Source: a virus (lineage: Duplodnaviria; Caudoviricetes). From it: a DNA stretch of 47,254 nt. The notes beneath the pieces were generated by a model. That model ran no database searches and was not told the DNA's origin. It worked only from the letters and a program-made list of their open reading frames with translations. Positions within the stretch are counted from its first letter, which is position 1, and every line of letters starts with the position of its first letter. This document shows, piece by piece, positions 37,450 to 46,424 of the stretch. A program made the translations under genes and the position numbers. The DNA lies in IMG/VR virus record IMGVR_UViG_3300044475_000066, positions 1-47,254 of that record; one strand, 5' to 3'.

Positions 37450-38000
37450 ACTGCGACTTTCTTGTTGCGATTCTTGATCTTAAAAAGATGCTGCGCCTGG
37501 AAGATCGCGTCGTCCAGCGCCGTGTGCGCGCCGTCCCCCTTGTCGTCCACGTTGTATTCGACCTGCGGGTACATGTTGCGCACGGTGCGGAAGCAGCGCT
37601 CCCGGCCAAAGCGCCAGGGTTTAGCGATGCCAGCGCGGTCGTAGTGTCCACCGATGATCGTCAGGTCGAAGCCGCTTGAGTTGCCCCATGGGCGCACGTC
37701 CTGCACGCGGCTGTGCTCTGTGATGAACGCCGAGAAGTCGGCCAGCACACGGCGCACGTCGTAGGTGTCGAACATCACGTTGCGGCGTGCCTGCTCGCTC
37801 TGGCCGAGCCACCACATCATCGTGGCCGGGTCGATCTTGCCTCCGTCGCGCACCGAGGTCGCAAGGTTCACGGCCTTGCTGAAAGTTGGGCCGAGGGTGC
37901 ACGTCTCCAGATCGAAGAACACTGCGCCGAGCGACATCAGAGCGCCGTTGGGTGGGAGCCCTGCCGTTTCGATGTCCACCATGAGATCAAACCACATCAT
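37446..38000 (-). CDS. DEDDh 3'-5' exonuclease
   Basis: MVDIET, WGNSSGFD, HTALDDAIFQA. Confidence 0.85.
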   Translation of the reverse strand: MMWFDLMVDIETAGLPPNGALMSLGAVFFDLETCTLGPTFSKAVNLATSVRDGGKIDPATMMWWLGQSEQARRNVMFDTYDVRRVLADFSAFITEHSRVQDVRPWGNSSGFDLTIIGGHYDRAGIAKPWRFGRERCFRTVRNMYPQVEYNVDDKGDGAHTALDDAIFQAQHLFKIKNRNKKVAV

Positions 38001-38292
38001 CAAATCCTTCCGCGTTTATGTTTTGTGCAACTCGGCAATTGTGCTTTTCCAAGTCGTCGGTGTTGTGTAGCCGGTAGCCGCTGCGAGTCATCTGCCAGTA
38101 AACATTCGTAGTGCCGCAGAATTTGCAGCGGACAACCGGGCCGTATACGCTAAGTCTCGAACCTCTAAGATGTTCGGGCCATACGTGACCGGTCAGTAAC
38201 GGTTCCCCGCAATGACCAGCAGGGTCATGAATATCGTGGTCAGGATCGCCACCTTCGTCTCCGTACCCATTTACGCAAGCCCAATCAACCAT
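37987..38292 (-). CDS. Hypothetical protein with CxxC
   Basis: CKFCG...LHN...HNC. Confidence 0.55.
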   Translation of the reverse strand: MVDWACVNGYGDEGGDPDHDIHDPAGHCGEPLLTGHVWPEHLRGSRLSVYGPVVRCKFCGTTNVYWQMTRSGYRLHNTDDLEKHNCRVAQNINAEGFDDVV

Positions 38293-40261
38293 TTAGCGCC
38301 CCTATGTCATTGAGAATTCTGTTCGCCTTGTCGATGTAAAAGCCGTAGTCAACGTCCGGTGGAAACTCGTCCGGGAGTTCCATCAGCGGCACGGCCCCGG
38401 TGCTTTCACCGACCTTGTTGCGGTTGCCATTTTTGTTCTTCAGCATCCGGTGCAGCGCAGTCGTCACACCGTTGCCGATGTAGAAGCGCACCACTTTGCC
38501 AAGGTAGTTGAACTCGTCCTCACCGCAGTGCATCCGGTAGGCCGTCTCAACGTCGTGTCCAGGCTCACCTACCATGGGGGCAAACCGGGCCTTGGTGAGC
38601 GGGCCGTCAACGGTCTGGTGCCAACCGGCATCGAGCAGGGCTTGCTTCATCTGCGATGGGCGAAGGGCGTCGTCGTAGCTTGTGCGGGTGATCTGCACGG
38701 CCCCGCCTGTGACGCGCTGCACTGTCAGGAACTTGCGGATGTCGCGGCAACGAATGATCGTCTCGGCCACTGGCACACCGCTCTCAAGAAACGCCTTCAC
38801 CGCGTCGTTGCAAATCGCGTTCGATGGGTTCTTTGAGATGGACACGTTGGCGTAGTCGCCCTTGCCCTTAACGCCGCCTTTTTCCTTGATGGCGATGTAG
38901 TTGTTGACATCGCGGGAGAAGATCGCCCGGTAATGGGTTTCTTCCATCGAGAACTGTGTCTTTGTCTCCCAGTCCTTGATGATTGCGCGAACGTCTTCGA
39001 GCCGGTTGCGTGCGAACTTCAGCACGATGCCGTCAGTGTTGGCCGACACAACCAGAATACCTTCCAACTCAAGCGACTCGATCAACATCAGCAGAGACAG
39101 TTGCCCTGTCACAGTCACTTGGATCATTAGGTCCGGCGCATAAAGCGCAGAGTATTTCGACCCCAGCTTACCGAACGACCCGTTGATCGTAATCTTGAGA
39201 GAATCCGCGACAATATTATCGCCTTTCTTTTTAGCAGCGATCCGTGTATCGACGATCCCCTTGTAAACCTTCAGGAAGGCTTCGGTCAGGTGCTTCGGAT
39301 ATAGGCCGCACGCAAGGATGATGAACGGGTAGAACGAGGCAACGTCGGCGTCCATGAGCACCGTGTTCTCGTCGGCGTAGTGGGCTACCGAAGTCTCGCT
39401 GCTGTGCAGCCCGCCAATCCCCATGCGGTAGTCACCTTCTCCGATGCGGACAACGGCACCGTCCAGGGCTGACGGTTCAATCGGTGACCCGTTCTGCGCG
39501 ATGACGAACGCCGACTGCTCGATCTCAGATAGCTTCCTGCGCATCTGCTCAGTCTTGAAGGTCAGGAACACGGGGGCCTTGTAGCGGAACATGGTGCCGG
39601 GTGGGATGTTCGGCTTCTGCACCCGGTAACCGAGGGCTTTGGACACCTGCTTGCGGATCACAGCCTCAGCGATCTGGGCGTCGGACTTGCTGCGCAGGTC
39701 TTCCCCGTACACGGCGCTCATGGTGGTGCGCAGTTCGATTTGGGGCTGCAGGTGGTTCCACAGGTCGATGGTCGTTTCAAGGTCGTTGCTGCAGTACGTG
39801 CGCAACTGATCGCGCTGCTCAGGTGAGATCAGCGAATCGGGGTCGATTGGCAAGTCCTGCAGCTTGCGGCTGTGCAGCCGCCCGCCGTACAGCTTCAGTG
39901 AGCCGTCGCCTGGGGCCACCTCGATCAAGTCAACGTGGTCGATCCAGTCTGGGCGGTCAATGCCGTAGTGGTCGTAGAACTGCCATGCCCGGTTCTCGCC
40001 CAGGATGATCCAGTCGGAGGCCGCTTTGAGTTCGGCGTTGCTGGCACCGCGCAGCGCCAGCATGAGCACCGGGATGTCGAAGTTGTTGCCGTTGAAGCTG
40101 ACAGTGCGGTAGTCGCGCAGGATGGTGCGCAGCGTGTTGCGGTCGAGCGTCTGGCCTTCGTAGAGTTCGTAGTGCCGGGTGAAGCCGTTGTCCACGCGCC
40201 GGAACATCACCAAGAAATAGTTCGGATAGACCTCAATATCGACGACGAGAGTTTTCTTCAT
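38285..40261 (-). CDS. DNA polymerase, family B-type, with 3'-5' exonuclease
   Basis: Exo motifs DIEVY, FNGNNFD, YCSND; polymerase motifs DVASFYP, KITINGSFG, ANTDG. Confidence 0.9.
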   Translation of the reverse strand: MKKTLVVDIEVYPNYFLVMFRRVDNGFTRHYELYEGQTLDRNTLRTILRDYRTVSFNGNNFDIPVLMLALRGASNAELKAASDWIILGENRAWQFYDHYGIDRPDWIDHVDLIEVAPGDGSLKLYGGRLHSRKLQDLPIDPDSLISPEQRDQLRTYCSNDLETTIDLWNHLQPQIELRTTMSAVYGEDLRSKSDAQIAEAVIRKQVSKALGYRVQKPNIPPGTMFRYKAPVFLTFKTEQMRRKLSEIEQSAFVIAQNGSPIEPSALDGAVVRIGEGDYRMGIGGLHSSETSVAHYADENTVLMDADVASFYPFIILACGLYPKHLTEAFLKVYKGIVDTRIAAKKKGDNIVADSLKITINGSFGKLGSKYSALYAPDLMIQVTVTGQLSLLMLIESLELEGILVVSANTDGIVLKFARNRLEDVRAIIKDWETKTQFSMEETHYRAIFSRDVNNYIAIKEKGGVKGKGDYANVSISKNPSNAICNDAVKAFLESGVPVAETIIRCRDIRKFLTVQRVTGGAVQITRTSYDDALRPSQMKQALLDAGWHQTVDGPLTKARFAPMVGEPGHDVETAYRMHCGEDEFNYLGKVVRFYIGNGVTTALHRMLKNKNGNRNKVGESTGAVPLMELPDEFPPDVDYGFYIDKANRILNDIGALNG

Positions 40262-40274
40262 TTGATGCGTTTGA

Positions 40275-40357
40275 GTTTTTGGTGGTGGCCGGGTCAGACC
40301 GACATACGGTGTTGGCTAACCGCTGTGCCATGCATAGTGCCGACCACCACCAAAAAC
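40275..40357 (-). other. Long RNA stem-loop in the leader of the polymerase gene
   Basis: 18-bp stem 40275-40292/40340-40357, fully paired with one G-U on the minus strand. Confidence 0.65.
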
Positions 40358-40386
40358 CCCCGGCCCGCAGGCCGAGGATCAGGGCT

Positions 40387-40653
40387 TTAGGCCACGCGCC
40401 ACACGCCGACGCATTCCTTCGTCACGTCTTCAGGGTGATGGGCGGGGGCCACCGTGAACTTGATTGCCTCTGCGCCGTTGGACTTGCGCCAGCGGGCTGC
40501 TGCAGACTTCAGGCGCTCGACTACCTTGTCAGCTTCGTCACCGTCCAGGGGCACGTAGATCGACTGGCCCACGGCCATTTCTGCGAACGGGTACTTGTTG
40601 CCAGGGGCGCCGCGCTTGATCTGAGGGGCTGCGATGTCGCTGTAAATTTGCAT
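40387..40653 (-). CDS. Hypothetical protein
   Basis: KYPFAEMAVGQSIYVP...VGVWRVA; RBS AAGGA. Confidence 0.7.
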   Translation of the reverse strand: MQIYSDIAAPQIKRGAPGNKYPFAEMAVGQSIYVPLDGDEADKVVERLKSAAARWRKSNGAEAIKFTVAPAHHPEDVTKECVGVWRVA

Positions 40654-40714
40654 GGTTTTTCCTTCTGAAAATTGGGGACAGGTTCAGTCCCCGGTTGGTT
40701 GAAAACTTAGTTGG

Positions 40715-41347
40715 TCACAGACCCAGGTCGTCGTCACCGAAGCCTGTGGCGCCAGCAGCACCTTCCACGTCGTCGAAGCCTTCGGCAGTGCCAGGGGCCG
40801 CACCGAATGCCTCACCGTCGCTCACGAACTGCACAGTCAGCAGGGTGGCGTACACCTGATTCGGGATTTTTTCCTTGGCCTTCATGGCCTTGATGTCCAC
40901 CTTCACGTTGACGTAGCAGCCACCATAGGGCTTACCGCCTTCTTCGGTCAGGATGGGGAAGCCATCGCTGTGGTTTGCGTCGTTGGTGCCCTTGGCGGCG
41001 GTGCGCACGGGGCCGATCAGCAGGGGTTTGGCCTTGTTGCGAGCCACCACGTACAGGTTACCGCCGTAGCCGTCGCGGATCGCGCCCTCTTTGGTCAGGT
41101 TCTCGTCGCCGTTGCGCAGGCACTTCTTTGACTTCTCCATCGCGCCCAGGATGGCCTTGGCGTTGGCACCGAAGGTCTCGGTGGCGGTAGCCGTGAATGC
41201 CGCCTTGGCTGCTGCAGATGCCTCGCTGTCAGGTGCGAAGATGAATTGACCGCCAAACTTTGGTGTGTCGCCGTCGTTCATCGGCTTGCCGGGCTTGAAC
41301 AGGTCTGGGTAGCTCAAGCGAACGTTCTTCAAAATTGCGATTGTCAT
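40715..41347 (-). CDS. ssDNA-binding protein (DUF2815-like)
   Basis: NVRLSYPDLF, PYGGCYVN, VQFVSDGEAFG, acidic tail. Confidence 0.85.
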   Translation of the reverse strand: MTIAILKNVRLSYPDLFKPGKPMNDGDTPKFGGQFIFAPDSEASAAAKAAFTATATETFGANAKAILGAMEKSKKCLRNGDENLTKEGAIRDGYGGNLYVVARNKAKPLLIGPVRTAAKGTNDANHSDGFPILTEEGGKPYGGCYVNVKVDIKAMKAKEKIPNQVYATLLTVQFVSDGEAFGAAPGTAEGFDDVEGAAGATGFGDDDLGL

Positions 41348-41367
41348 GTTGTTGTCTTTCAAAAGTT

Positions 41368-42747
41368 TCAATAGAAAAGGTCACTGTTGTCAGCGACTGG
41401 CGGTACTTCATCGAAGCCGTCAGAGGGTGGTTCCCACTTCGGCCTCGGGTCAGTTTCGATAGCGACGACGGGCTTTCCGTCGGGCTGGATAATCAACTCC
41501 TGCAGGCGTGCCCACTGCGTTGGCCCCAGAGGTGCTTCGATGGGCTTCTCGCCCTTCTTCACGCGCTTCTTCGCGGCCATCTTCTCGGCGTCTGCCGGTG
41601 ACACGATCTGCCGGGGCTTGTAGATCAGCGACTTGTTGCGCAGCATTCGCAGCAGTTCAGCTTCGGCTTCGGCTTCGTCGGCCCAAGAGCGAGTGCCTGG
41701 GCGCCCGGCCACCAGCTTGTAGCCAACGCCATCGTCGCGCAGCACAGGTCGGTCGGCTTCGAGTTCGGCTTTGACACGTTCCTCGATGTCGTCGCACCAC
41801 TTGCGGATGAACGACACCTTTGAGTACATCGTGCCGAGCATCAGCAGAGGGACTTCGCGCATCGGTGCCGAGATAATCCCAACAGGTGTCACCTCGTCGA
41901 AGCCTTCGACGGCGTGCTTCATTGCTTCAGCGTTGCGAGCACCGCAGTGCATGCGCGCCTTGCAGAAGAAGCAGTTGTCGTCGTTGGGCTTGAACTCAGG
42001 GTTCGAGCGGGTGGCCTCAGCGCGTTCCTTCAACCACTCGCCCAATGCCAGCAGTTCCTCAATGGTGCAGGAATACTCGCTGACCGCGTTCAGAGCGGGC
42101 TGAACGATGATGCCCTTGATGTGCTTCACCTTGCCCAGCAGGCCGTGCTTCTCGATGCCGCCCAGGGTGTACATCGCCAACTGCGTGTTCATTCGTAGCA
42201 CAGGAGCCGTGGGCATGCCCAGGTCGTCCGTACCTGCTTCCTCGATCACGTCGTAGGCTTTCACCCGACCGCGCCCGGCTTTCAGGTCGATGCTGAAGAA
42301 CGTGTCCCCTGCGTGGATCGCACAGTCAGACGAGCCGCTGGCGCCTTCCTCGCCGGTGATGTGCCCGATAGGCACCGATGTCTCAATGAACATCTCACCG
42401 CCGTGCGTGGCGTGCAGGTTGCGCACGAAGTTGACGTAAGCCGTGGTGATCTCCACCAACTCGTCCGTCACTTCGACGGTGTACGCCGCCATCTCGTCAG
42501 GCGCAGCAGGATCGTCTTGCCAAGCCTCGCGACCATCGGCATAGAACTGGTACTTACGGCCTGCGTAGTCGCTCGGGTTGCGCGCTGGATTCTCCAGGCA
42601 CTCAGCGCCGATCTGGTGGCAGGTCGTGCCCTTGCGGGACGCATCGGAGCCGCTGTTTGGCAGACCGTCCTGCGCGGCGGGCGACGCAGTGCAGTCTGTC
42701 CAACGGCTGCTCGACGATGGCGAGAGACGGGCATGATACAGACCCAT
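41368..42747 (-). CDS. DUF2800 (Cas4-like PD-(D/E)XK) nuclease
   Basis: HARLSPSSSSRWTDC, GTTCH, IDLKAG, QLAMY, CFFCKA..C. Confidence 0.85.
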   Translation of the reverse strand: MGLYHARLSPSSSSRWTDCTASPAAQDGLPNSGSDASRKGTTCHQIGAECLENPARNPSDYAGRKYQFYADGREAWQDDPAAPDEMAAYTVEVTDELVEITTAYVNFVRNLHATHGGEMFIETSVPIGHITGEEGASGSSDCAIHAGDTFFSIDLKAGRGRVKAYDVIEEAGTDDLGMPTAPVLRMNTQLAMYTLGGIEKHGLLGKVKHIKGIIVQPALNAVSEYSCTIEELLALGEWLKERAEATRSNPEFKPNDDNCFFCKARMHCGARNAEAMKHAVEGFDEVTPVGIISAPMREVPLLMLGTMYSKVSFIRKWCDDIEERVKAELEADRPVLRDDGVGYKLVAGRPGTRSWADEAEAEAELLRMLRNKSLIYKPRQIVSPADAEKMAAKKRVKKGEKPIEAPLGPTQWARLQELIIQPDGKPVVAIETDPRPKWEPPSDGFDEVPPVADNSDLFY

Positions 42748-42917
42748 TACAGAACCCCCAATCCCATCACCAGAGCCAAAAGACCCAGCGAAACGAGCAC
42801 CGACAGGATGATGCGCAGCGGAAGTACGAGTTTATCCCCCGTCTTATCTCGGAATGCGGCTCTCGTAAGGCCCATCAAGAAGATCAGAGACAGAACGGTG
42901 TAAATCTCGTACAGCAT
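42747..42917 (-). CDS. 56-aa two-TM membrane protein
   Basis: Own translation MLYEIYTVLSLIFLMGL...LALVMGLGVL; coupled ends. Confidence 0.6.
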   Translation of the reverse strand: MLYEIYTVLSLIFLMGLTRAAFRDKTGDKLVLPLRIILSVLVSLGLLALVMGLGVL

Positions 42918-43087
42918 CAGCGCACCTCACTCAGCAGGTAGACCCCGGCAGAGCACACCACGACGCTGTAGGCGAACATCACCTTGTCGTAGTTGTCTAC
43001 GTAGCCCTGTGCCTTAGTCGTGGCGAAGAACCCAATCAACATAAACAGGGCATACGCCGTCGTCAGAACGATGTAGACGGCCAGCAT
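42917..43087 (-). CDS. 56-aa two-TM membrane protein
   Basis: Own translation MLAVYIVLTTAYALFMLIGFF...; coupled ends. Confidence 0.6.
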   Translation of the reverse strand: MLAVYIVLTTAYALFMLIGFFATTKAQGYVDNYDKVMFAYSVVVCSAGVYLLSEVR

Positions 43088-43749
43088 TACAGCCCCAGGT
43101 CGTCCGCTGCAGGCGACAAGATCGCTTCGACTGCCGCGAGGACTGCCGCGTTGTCTTGGACGCTCGCCAACTCGGGCACCTTCGCCTTGCCGAACTTAGT
43201 CAGCACTGCCATCACGCCGTCGCGGCCGTGGCCGGGCAGAGTGCTGCGATTCAATTCTTGCAGCTTGGAAACCACATCTTCAAACGAGACGGCGGAAGTG
43301 GCCGAGGATGCAGTCGATGCATCGGGGGTGCTCTGTGCAGGGGTTGCCGCAACTTCGGTAGTGCGTTCTGCCGTTTGTTGCGACAGATGCACAAACTTTT
43401 TTGCGAATTCTTCTTTCTTCGCCGTGTACTCGGCAGGCGACACGATCAGGGCGCCTTCCAGCGTGGGATCTGGATCACCGGGCTTTTGCGCATACACGGT
43501 GTTGTGCTTTTCGATCAGCCAGTAGCGGGTGCCAACTGGGTCGCCATCGACGGGGGCCGTGGCATCGCCTTGCGGTGCGGCTTCAGCGGCCTTGTCGGCT
43601 TCCATCTCGGTCTTGGTGCGGCGAGTGCGCTTGGCAGCGGATTGCTCAGGCTGGCCCAGGGCGGCGGGTGCCTCGGTTTGCGTCGTCGCAATGGCGATCA
43701 GTTGCTTGAGCAGCGTGTTGGTTTCAATGAGTGTTGCTTCGAGAGACAT
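43087..43749 (-). CDS. Hypothetical replication-module protein
   Basis: MSLEATL.., Ala-rich linker, AVLTKFGKAKVPEL; RBS GGAG. Confidence 0.75.
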   Translation of the reverse strand: MSLEATLIETNTLLKQLIAIATTQTEAPAALGQPEQSAAKRTRRTKTEMEADKAAEAAPQGDATAPVDGDPVGTRYWLIEKHNTVYAQKPGDPDPTLEGALIVSPAEYTAKKEEFAKKFVHLSQQTAERTTEVAATPAQSTPDASTASSATSAVSFEDVVSKLQELNRSTLPGHGRDGVMAVLTKFGKAKVPELASVQDNAAVLAAVEAILSPAADDLGL

Positions 43750-43791
43750 TTGGTAACTCCAGTTGAAGGTTTTGCGTTGTTGCGGGACTGG

Positions 43792-43889
43792 AGTCTACAC
43801 GAACGTTTAGCAAATGCAACACGAATACCCGAGCCAATCGTACTGCTATTGCGAAATAAATTTGATGTTCGCAAAAAGGTCGCTACATT
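43792..43889. promoter_or_regulatory. Divergent early promoter region
   Basis: Minus strand TTGCAT-16bp-TAGACT; plus strand TTGATG-16bp-TACATT; operator copy 43800-43818. Confidence 0.6.
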
Positions 43890-43928
43890 TGAGTCCGTCA
43901 ACACGACGCAACCAACTGAAAGACGCAA

Positions 43929-44126
43929 ATGCTGAAAAACCTGATTGAAACATTCAAAAAGCCAACACCAGAAATGCTCGCCCAGCGCGAACTCGACGAG
44001 GTCCGCCGTGAGTTGCTGGCCTCTGAGTTGCTGGCTGAATACGCCAAGTCGCTGGTGGCCTACAACCAAGCGCGCATCACCCGACTGCGTGCACGTCTGC
44101 AGCAAGCCAACGGGGGTGCGCAATGA
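43929..44126 (+). CDS. Hypothetical protein
   Basis: First gene of rightward operon. Confidence 0.65.
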   Translation: MLKNLIETFKKPTPEMLAQRELDEVRRELLASELLAEYAKSLVAYNQARITRLRARLQQANGGAQ

Positions 44127-44554
44127 CTGAACGTGTTTGGCACGAAGGTCCGCCGCCACATGTTGGCTGGTGGAACACCATGGATACAACGGGCCGAAGT
44201 GGTGAGTGGCGCTGGTGGAACGGTAGCAATTGGTCTATCCACACACTGGAAATTCGCAACGCTGAAGATGCAGCCCTCAACTCCACCAAAGCCGCAGCGT
44301 TCACCCTTAGCGAAATCTGCTGGTCCGACTACTGGCCTGAGAACGCAAGGGTGCCGCGCCTCGATCCCACGGACGGGGACTGGACGTTCAACGTGGACGG
44401 GAAGATGCCTAACGTTGATGGTCCGATTGAATTGCAGTTCAGAGGCGGTTCGACCTACACGACGCACGATGCCGAGGGTTGGTACTGGGATTTACCCGGT
44501 TACGAGAGCGACATCGTTGCATGGCGCAAAGCTGTGAAGAAAGAAGGCGTGTGA
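44123..44554 (+). CDS. Hypothetical Trp-rich protein
   Basis: WHEGPPPHVGWW..RWWNGSNWS; ends DIVAWRK. Confidence 0.65.
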   Translation: MTERVWHEGPPPHVGWWNTMDTTGRSGEWRWWNGSNWSIHTLEIRNAEDAALNSTKAAAFTLSEICWSDYWPENARVPRLDPTDGDWTFNVDGKMPNVDGPIELQFRGGSTYTTHDAEGWYWDLPGYESDIVAWRKAVKKEGV

Positions 44555-44646
44555 TGGACGCAGAAATCATCAAGGCCATCGGCCAATACATCTTGCTTCC
44601 TATCGTGTGCGCAATCGCCTTCTATCTCTGGCTCGAAAACCTATGA
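44554..44646 (+). CDS. 30-aa membrane peptide
   Basis: MDAEIIKAIGQYILLPIVCAIAFYLWLENL; coupled both ends. Confidence 0.5.
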   Translation: MDAEIIKAIGQYILLPIVCAIAFYLWLENL

Positions 44647-44972
44647 CAACCCCTCGCAAAAAACTCCGACCCGAGCAAGCCGTCTCCCTGGCGTCGAACA
44701 TGCTCGTCAACCCCATGACCTACGACGAGATCGTCGAGTTCACAGGTCTCAACAAGGCCACAGTGGAGTGGTGGGTCAAGCGCTGGCGCGACAGCAAACT
44801 GGTGTACGTGAGCGGCTATGCCGATGACTCACGCGGCCGACCTGTGATCTTGCGCTTCTCCTGGGGCTCGTTGCTCGATGCCGTGAGGCCCGGCCAGCGG
44901 CGGACAGCAGCGGAGCGCATGCGCGATGTGCGCGCTCGTCGGGCGGCTGAGAAGAAAGGTGGTGCGGTATGA
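44643..44972 (+). CDS. Putative winged HTH DNA-binding protein
   Basis: MTYDEIVEFTGLNKATVEWWVKRW..LVYVSG. Confidence 0.6.
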   Translation: MTTPRKKLRPEQAVSLASNMLVNPMTYDEIVEFTGLNKATVEWWVKRWRDSKLVYVSGYADDSRGRPVILRFSWGSLLDAVRPGQRRTAAERMRDVRARRAAEKKGGAV

Positions 44973-45268
44973 GCTATTGGCAAGCAGGGCGAACAGCCCC
45001 GAATTACAGCCGCGCAGTCGAGGCTGCACACGAAGCTGTTCGATCAGCAGAAGCCGAATCACTGAGAACACTGCAGCGCGAGTACCCGATGGGAAGTAGC
45101 GTGCAGGTGATTCACTACCGAGGGCAGTTTGAAGGGGAAGTGGTCGGCCACGATAACGTCGGCGCGAGGGTTCTTGTACGCAACGCAGTCACAGGAAAGG
45201 TGAGCAAGTGGTGGGCGGCGCATGTGGAACCCACCGACCAATCTGGTTTACAGAAAGGTGGCGTGTGA
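44969..45268 (+). CDS. Hypothetical protein
   Basis: Coupled ORF. Confidence 0.6.
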   Translation: MSYWQAGRTAPNYSRAVEAAHEAVRSAEAESLRTLQREYPMGSSVQVIHYRGQFEGEVVGHDNVGARVLVRNAVTGKVSKWWAAHVEPTDQSGLQKGGV

Positions 45269-45480
45269 TGGGTAAGGCAGTAGTCGTTATTCGCAAACGC
45301 GACCAGAAGCGGTACTGGTGCACCTACACCCCCGAGGTGTGGCCCGGTCACGCACATCTCGGTGATTGCTACCTTCTACGGCCATGCGGGTTCGGAGGCC
45401 GTACTCACTACAAAACGATTGGGAAGTTTCTTGCCGAGTATGAGGTCGAATTCAAAGACGAAAAGAAAGGTGGTGTGTGA
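45268..45480 (+). CDS. Hypothetical protein
   Basis: TGATG-coupled start MGKAVVV. Confidence 0.55.
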   Translation: MGKAVVVIRKRDQKRYWCTYTPEVWPGHAHLGDCYLLRPCGFGGRTHYKTIGKFLAEYEVEFKDEKKGGV

Positions 45481-45677
45481 TGGCGACCACAACGCACAAA
45501 TCAAAGGACTGGGTGCAGTTCAATCCTCTGACTCAGACCTACATTACGGGCGACAAAACGAACGTTGCCGTCGAGTTGGTGGACACCGCTCAGTGCATGG
45601 CCGACGTGTTCTACATCGCGTCGATTCGGGAAGAACAGCGCGCTCGTCGGTCGGCTGAGAAGAAAGGTGGTGTGTGA
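45480..45677 (+). CDS. Hypothetical protein
   Basis: TGATG-coupled. Confidence 0.6.
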   Translation: MATTTHKSKDWVQFNPLTQTYITGDKTNVAVELVDTAQCMADVFYIASIREEQRARRSAEKKGGV

Positions 45678-45853
45678 TGGCTAAGTTGTTCGTTTTCAGT
45701 GCGGTGATGTTCGCCATCGGTGTGTCGGTAACTCTGCTGGCGGAGTACCGGGGCAAGTCCGAGTGCGAACAGAACCTCACCCGGAAAGAAAGCTGCGTGA
45801 AGCGGTGGGTGCCGAGCAGTGCGCCGGTTGTTGAAAGGAAGGTGATGACGTGA
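45677..45853 (+). CDS. 58-aa membrane-anchored protein
   Basis: MAKLFVFSAVMFAIGVSVTLLAEY..C..C; coupled ends. Confidence 0.55.
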   Translation: MAKLFVFSAVMFAIGVSVTLLAEYRGKSECEQNLTRKESCVKRWVPSSAPVVERKVMT

Positions 45854-46233
45854 CTCCCGTTCTTCTGCAGGACGAAGACCGCAGATTGTTTTCGTGGTTC
45901 GCGTCGAAGCCGGACGCCCGGCGTTTGGTGCGCGAGCGATGCCTGGAAATTAAGAAAGGACGTTGTATGGGAAACATTTTGACACCGGAGCAGATTGACA
46001 AAGCGTACCGCGATGTTTGGTCAACAGTGGCGCATCAACATCGGCTCTCGGCATTTGCAGAGGCAATAGCGGCAGAAGTCCGCAAGCAAGACACAGAGCT
46101 TATAGGGAAAATGCAAGGGGCGCTGAGTATCGCAATCTCCAACTTGGCATGGTTGGAATTGAGTGAATCGGACAGAGCAAACATCAACTCTGCACTTTTC
46201 GCAATCCGCGCCCGCATGGGGCAGCAGCCGTGA
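45850..46233 (+). CDS. Hypothetical protein
   Basis: Coupled ORF. Confidence 0.55.
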   Translation: MTPVLLQDEDRRLFSWFASKPDARRLVRERCLEIKKGRCMGNILTPEQIDKAYRDVWSTVAHQHRLSAFAEAIAAEVRKQDTELIGKMQGALSIAISNLAWLELSESDRANINSALFAIRARMGQQP

Positions 46234-46424
46234 GCCGCCCAGACAACCCCTGCATCGGCGTCTGCGATGTTCTTTATGCGGACACCTGCACCGGCTGCGG
46301 CCGTCACTACATGGAAGTCGCCCACTGGGTCGGCATGAGCCAGGAGGAAAAAGACGCCGTGTGGGATCGCATCGAAGCGGAGGGCACGGCCAAGCGCTTC
46401 ACAACCTACAAGGAGAGAACCTGA
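46230..46424 (+). CDS. DUF1289-like Cys-rich protein
   Basis: PCIGVC....CTGCGR...EVAHW..M..EEK..VW. Confidence 0.75.
   Translation: MSRPDNPCIGVCDVLYADTCTGCGRHYMEVAHWVGMSQEEKDAVWDRIEAEGTAKRFTTYKERT

Noticed and set aside
41368-42747. Cas4-like nuclease as evidence of a CRISPR system
   Set aside because: DUF2800 nucleases are standard in this replication module; no array or other cas genes
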